DNA of 28,069 nt, taken from positions 1 through 28,069 of IMG/VR virus record IMGVR_UViG_3300027533_000074; one strand, written 5' to 3'. The notes below the pieces were generated by a model that did no database searches, was not told the origin of the DNA, and saw nothing but the letters and a program-made list of their open reading frames with translations. This stretch comes from a virus (lineage: Duplodnaviria; Caudoviricetes). The position numbers and the translations under genes were made by a program. Positions 25,198-28,069 of the stretch are shown here, in pieces. Position 1 is the stretch's first letter; every line of letters begins with the position of its first letter.

Positions 25198-26274
25198 ATG
25201 GCAAAGAAACCCCGGGCTAACAAAGCTAACCCTGCTACTGCCCCGCTACTATCCGCGTTGAAGTTCCTAGAACCCGCAATGTCTGACGAAGGACAGGTAA
25301 ACCAAACCCATTGCCTATTGACCAATGGTTGGGCCGTCGCCTTCAATGGAGTTATTACACTGGCAACGAAGATTGATACGGATATCCAAGCCTGTCCCAA
25401 TGCAATGAAGCTTCTAAATGCTTTGTCCAAGTGTGACGACAAGACGCAAATTACCCAACTGGCAAATACGATATCCATTAAGTCCGGTAGATACTCCGCT
25501 AGCATACCTTGCGTAGACCCGGAGCTAATCGTTATCGAACCTCCAACCCCTATGATGCTTCCGATTGACGATAGCGTTAGGGAAGCGTTGGCTATTGTGG
25601 GGGAGGTTGTTTCCGATACCGCACCCCGGATGGTTGCCGCGTCCGTCCTGCTACGTAATGGGTCCGCCGTCGCAACAGACGGGACTATCATTTTCGAGGC
25701 ATGGCATGGACAATACATTCCCGAACCCGGCGTAGTATTCCCTAAGGCGTTCGTAACCGCCCTATCCAAGATACCTAAAAAGATTGTGGGAATATCCGCT
25801 ACAGCTACGACAGCTTCAATCTATTTCGAGGATCAATCTTGGATACGAACCCAACTGTATACCGAACAGTATCCTAACGTTGACAGGATACTAAACGAAC
25901 AGGCTAACGCCATACCTATTCCGGAAGGTTTCTTTGAAGCCTTGGAAAAGATTGAAGGACAAGCGGACGACGGACGGGTATACTTTGGTAACCTTAAACT
26001 CCAAACCCATAACATTGACGAAGCCGGAGCTATCTACGAAATAGACGGTATCCCCTCCGGTATCTGCTACGATATTGACTACCTACGAATGTTCAAAGGA
26101 CTTGCGACACAAGCCGATTTTCAGGCCAAGAACAATCAAATGGGTATATTCTACGGAGATAGGTTCCGGGGTATGCTAATGCAAATCCTTATTCAGAAAA
26201 CTCCGGAGGTTCGGGATATCCAGCCAACGGGTCCGCAATTGGTTCAAACTATCCCCGACGATATCCCGTTCTAA
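25198..26274 (+). CDS. DNA polymerase III beta sliding-clamp-like protein
   Basis: ~358 aa; A.NG, VATDG, and QL...YPNV..IL resemble DnaN ATD/ATDG/G.YP.Y motifs; directly upstream of the polymerase; ATG after GGAG. Confidence 0.7.
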   Translation: MAKKPRANKANPATAPLLSALKFLEPAMSDEGQVNQTHCLLTNGWAVAFNGVITLATKIDTDIQACPNAMKLLNALSKCDDKTQITQLANTISIKSGRYSASIPCVDPELIVIEPPTPMMLPIDDSVREALAIVGEVVSDTAPRMVAASVLLRNGSAVATDGTIIFEAWHGQYIPEPGVVFPKAFVTALSKIPKKIVGISATATTASIYFEDQSWIRTQLYTEQYPNVDRILNEQANAIPIPEGFFEALEKIEGQADDGRVYFGNLKLQTHNIDEAGAIYEIDGIPSGICYDIDYLRMFKGLATQADFQAKNNQMGIFYGDRFRGMLMQILIQKTPEVRDIQPTGPQLVQTIPDDIPF

Positions 26275-26275
26275 A

Positions 26276-28069
26276 ATGTTTTTTGACGACGACGAAATGG
26301 GGCCTAAGAAAGGACGGAGCCTATTAAAGGTTCCGCCCCCAACCCCCGCGACAGGATGGACCCCGCCCCGCGAATACCCCAACCTATCCGCCGCAACCAT
26401 CCTAGGGATTGACCTAGAGCGCCGGGAGCATGACCCCGAACACGGGCCGGGCTGGAGACGGGGCAAGGCTGAAACTGTAGGGTTTTCCGTAGCCGCCCGG
26501 GACAGGCTAGGCAACGAAGGGGCTTGGTATTTCCCAATCGGACATAAGATAGAACCCCAATACAACCTTGAACGTGAACCGTCTTTACGTTGGCTAAAGA
26601 GTATCCTAGAAACCAACGTCCCAAAAGTTGGAGCTAATCTATTATACGATATAGGTTCATTGACGGATGATAGTATTCATGTTCAAGGGGAATTACATGA
26701 CGTACAATACGCTGAAGCTTTATTAGATACAGATAATCTAGTGAACCTAGATAACCTAGGCGTAACCTATCTAGGCCAAGGCAAAGAAACCTCCCAACTA
26801 TACGAATGGCTAGCCAACGCTTACGGAGGCAAGCCGAACCAAACCCAACGATTGAATATCTGGCGCGCAAGCCCCCGCCTTGTGGGGCCGTATGCAGAAC
26901 GGGACGCTGATAGCCCCATACGTATCCTTGAAAAACAATGGCCCCGATTACAAGCCGCCGGGCTACTAGAATTATATCGAATGGAATGTGATCTAATCCC
27001 GTTACTTATTCAAATGAGGATTGAAGGGGTCACCGTAGACCTAGACCTAGCCGAACAACTGTACGAAGAATTAGCCGTAGACATTGCCCGGTTATACGTT
27101 AGCCTATTCGAGCTAACTGGCATAGCTATTGACAGCGTACAATCGGGACGGGACGTAGCTAAGATATTCGACGCCGTAGGAATTAGCTACCCCACAACAG
27201 CGGAAGGCAACCCGTCGTTTCGAAAGGATTGGTTGAAGAACCTTGAACACCCCGTAGCAACCTTAATCAACGACATACGGGAGCATGAAAAGGTTAGATC
27301 AACCTTCGTTAAGAACTACATTCTAGATGGTAATGTTAACGGGAAAATCCATTGCCAATTTCACCCGCTACGGGGAGACGACGACGGGACTAAAACGGGC
27401 CGGTTCAGTTCTAGTGATCCGAACCTACAGAATATCCCGGTTCGTACTAAGTTAGGGAAAAGAGTTCGCCAGATATTCGTTAAAGATAGGCTTCATTTAT
27501 GTTGGGAAAAGAATGACTATAGCCAAATCGAATACCGGGGTTTGGCACATTACGCCGTAGGTCCGGGTAGTGACGCCTTGCGCGAAACTTACTGCCGTGA
27601 CCCCCGGACGGATTACCATAAGGCAACCCAAACGAATGTGAAGAACCTAACGGGTAAAGAGATTGACCGGAGGCCTATTAAGAATTTGAACTTTGGACTA
27701 ATCTACGGAATGTCTGAAAAGAAACTTATTCGGCAGAATGGATTTACAGACAAAGACGGGCGCGAAGTATTCAAGGCCTATCATTTAGGTAACCCATACG
27801 TCCGCCCCACAATGAAAGCCGCTGCGGACGAAATGCAAGCCTTGGGCTATATCACTACTGTAACCGGACGACGTATACACTTTAATACTTGGGAGCCTAT
27901 TGAACATGACTACAACGAACAACGCCCCTACCCATTGCCCTATGACCTAGCTATTCACCGTTGGGGTTCACGAATTAAAAGGGCTGGAGAACACAAGGCA
28001 ATTAATTACAGGCTACAGGGGAGCGCCGCCGATCAAATCAAAGCCGGTATGGTCAAAGCTTTTTACGCT
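26276..28069 (+). CDS. DNA polymerase family A with 3'-5' exonuclease domain, 3'-truncated by the window
   Basis: Not in the ORF track. From ATG 26276: GIDLE (ExoI), YAERDA (ExoIII), TGRFSSSDPNLQNIP, DYSQIEYR (motif A, in frame at 27515), R...KNLNFGLIYG (motif B), NYRLQGSAAD. Confidence 0.95.
   Translation, partial: MFFDDDEMGPKKGRSLLKVPPPTPATGWTPPREYPNLSAATILGIDLERREHDPEHGPGWRRGKAETVGFSVAARDRLGNEGAWYFPIGHKIEPQYNLEREPSLRWLKSILETNVPKVGANLLYDIGSLTDDSIHVQGELHDVQYAEALLDTDNLVNLDNLGVTYLGQGKETSQLYEWLANAYGGKPNQTQRLNIWRASPRLVGPYAERDADSPIRILEKQWPRLQAAGLLELYRMECDLIPLLIQMRIEGVTVDLDLAEQLYEELAVDIARLYVSLFELTGIAIDSVQSGRDVAKIFDAVGISYPTTAEGNPSFRKDWLKNLEHPVATLINDIREHEKVRSTFVKNYILDGNVNGKIHCQFHPLRGDDDGTKTGRFSSSDPNLQNIPVRTKLGKRVRQIFVKDRLHLCWEKNDYSQIEYRGLAHYAVGPGSDALRETYCRDPRTDYHKATQTNVKNLTGKEIDRRPIKNLNFGLIYGMSEKKLIRQNGFTDKDGREVFKAYHLGNPYVRPTMKAAADEMQALGYITTVTGRRIHFNTWEPIEHDYNEQRPYPLPYDLAIHRWGSRIKRAGEHKAINYRLQGSAADQIKAGMVKAFYA

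Noticed and set aside
26176-26870. - strand ORFs 26176..26616, 26304..26624 and 26634..26870
   Set aside because: Antisense to the DNA polymerase gene

Overview
A 28 kb fragment of a tailed dsDNA phage genome; no integrase, repressor, tRNA or CRISPR array is seen. The host is most likely an alphaproteobacterium. The left arm (- strand) holds a three-gene fibre module (Gp80-like protein, small adaptor, 1132-aa collagen/repeat/CBM fibre), DUF932, VRR-NUC and many small early genes. A ~600 bp AT-rich non-coding stretch (11040-11640) with TATCTA repeats is a candidate origin and marks the switch in transcription direction. The right arm (+ strand) has more small early genes and a stand-alone beta-helix protein. 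These are followed by a divergent NrS-1-like primase/helicase and a replication operon (AAA_24 ATPase, DUF669 SSB, Cas4-like nuclease, SF2 helicase, beta-clamp-like protein, family A polymerase running off the end). The strongest signal is a recurring regulatory unit in front of the early gene cassettes: a TTAA-N7-TTAA box (the CtrA consensus) placed 20 or 29-30 bp upstream of the -35 of a sigma70-type promoter. It occurs on both arms, often with a CGTAG repeat around the -35 and a shared RBS leader.
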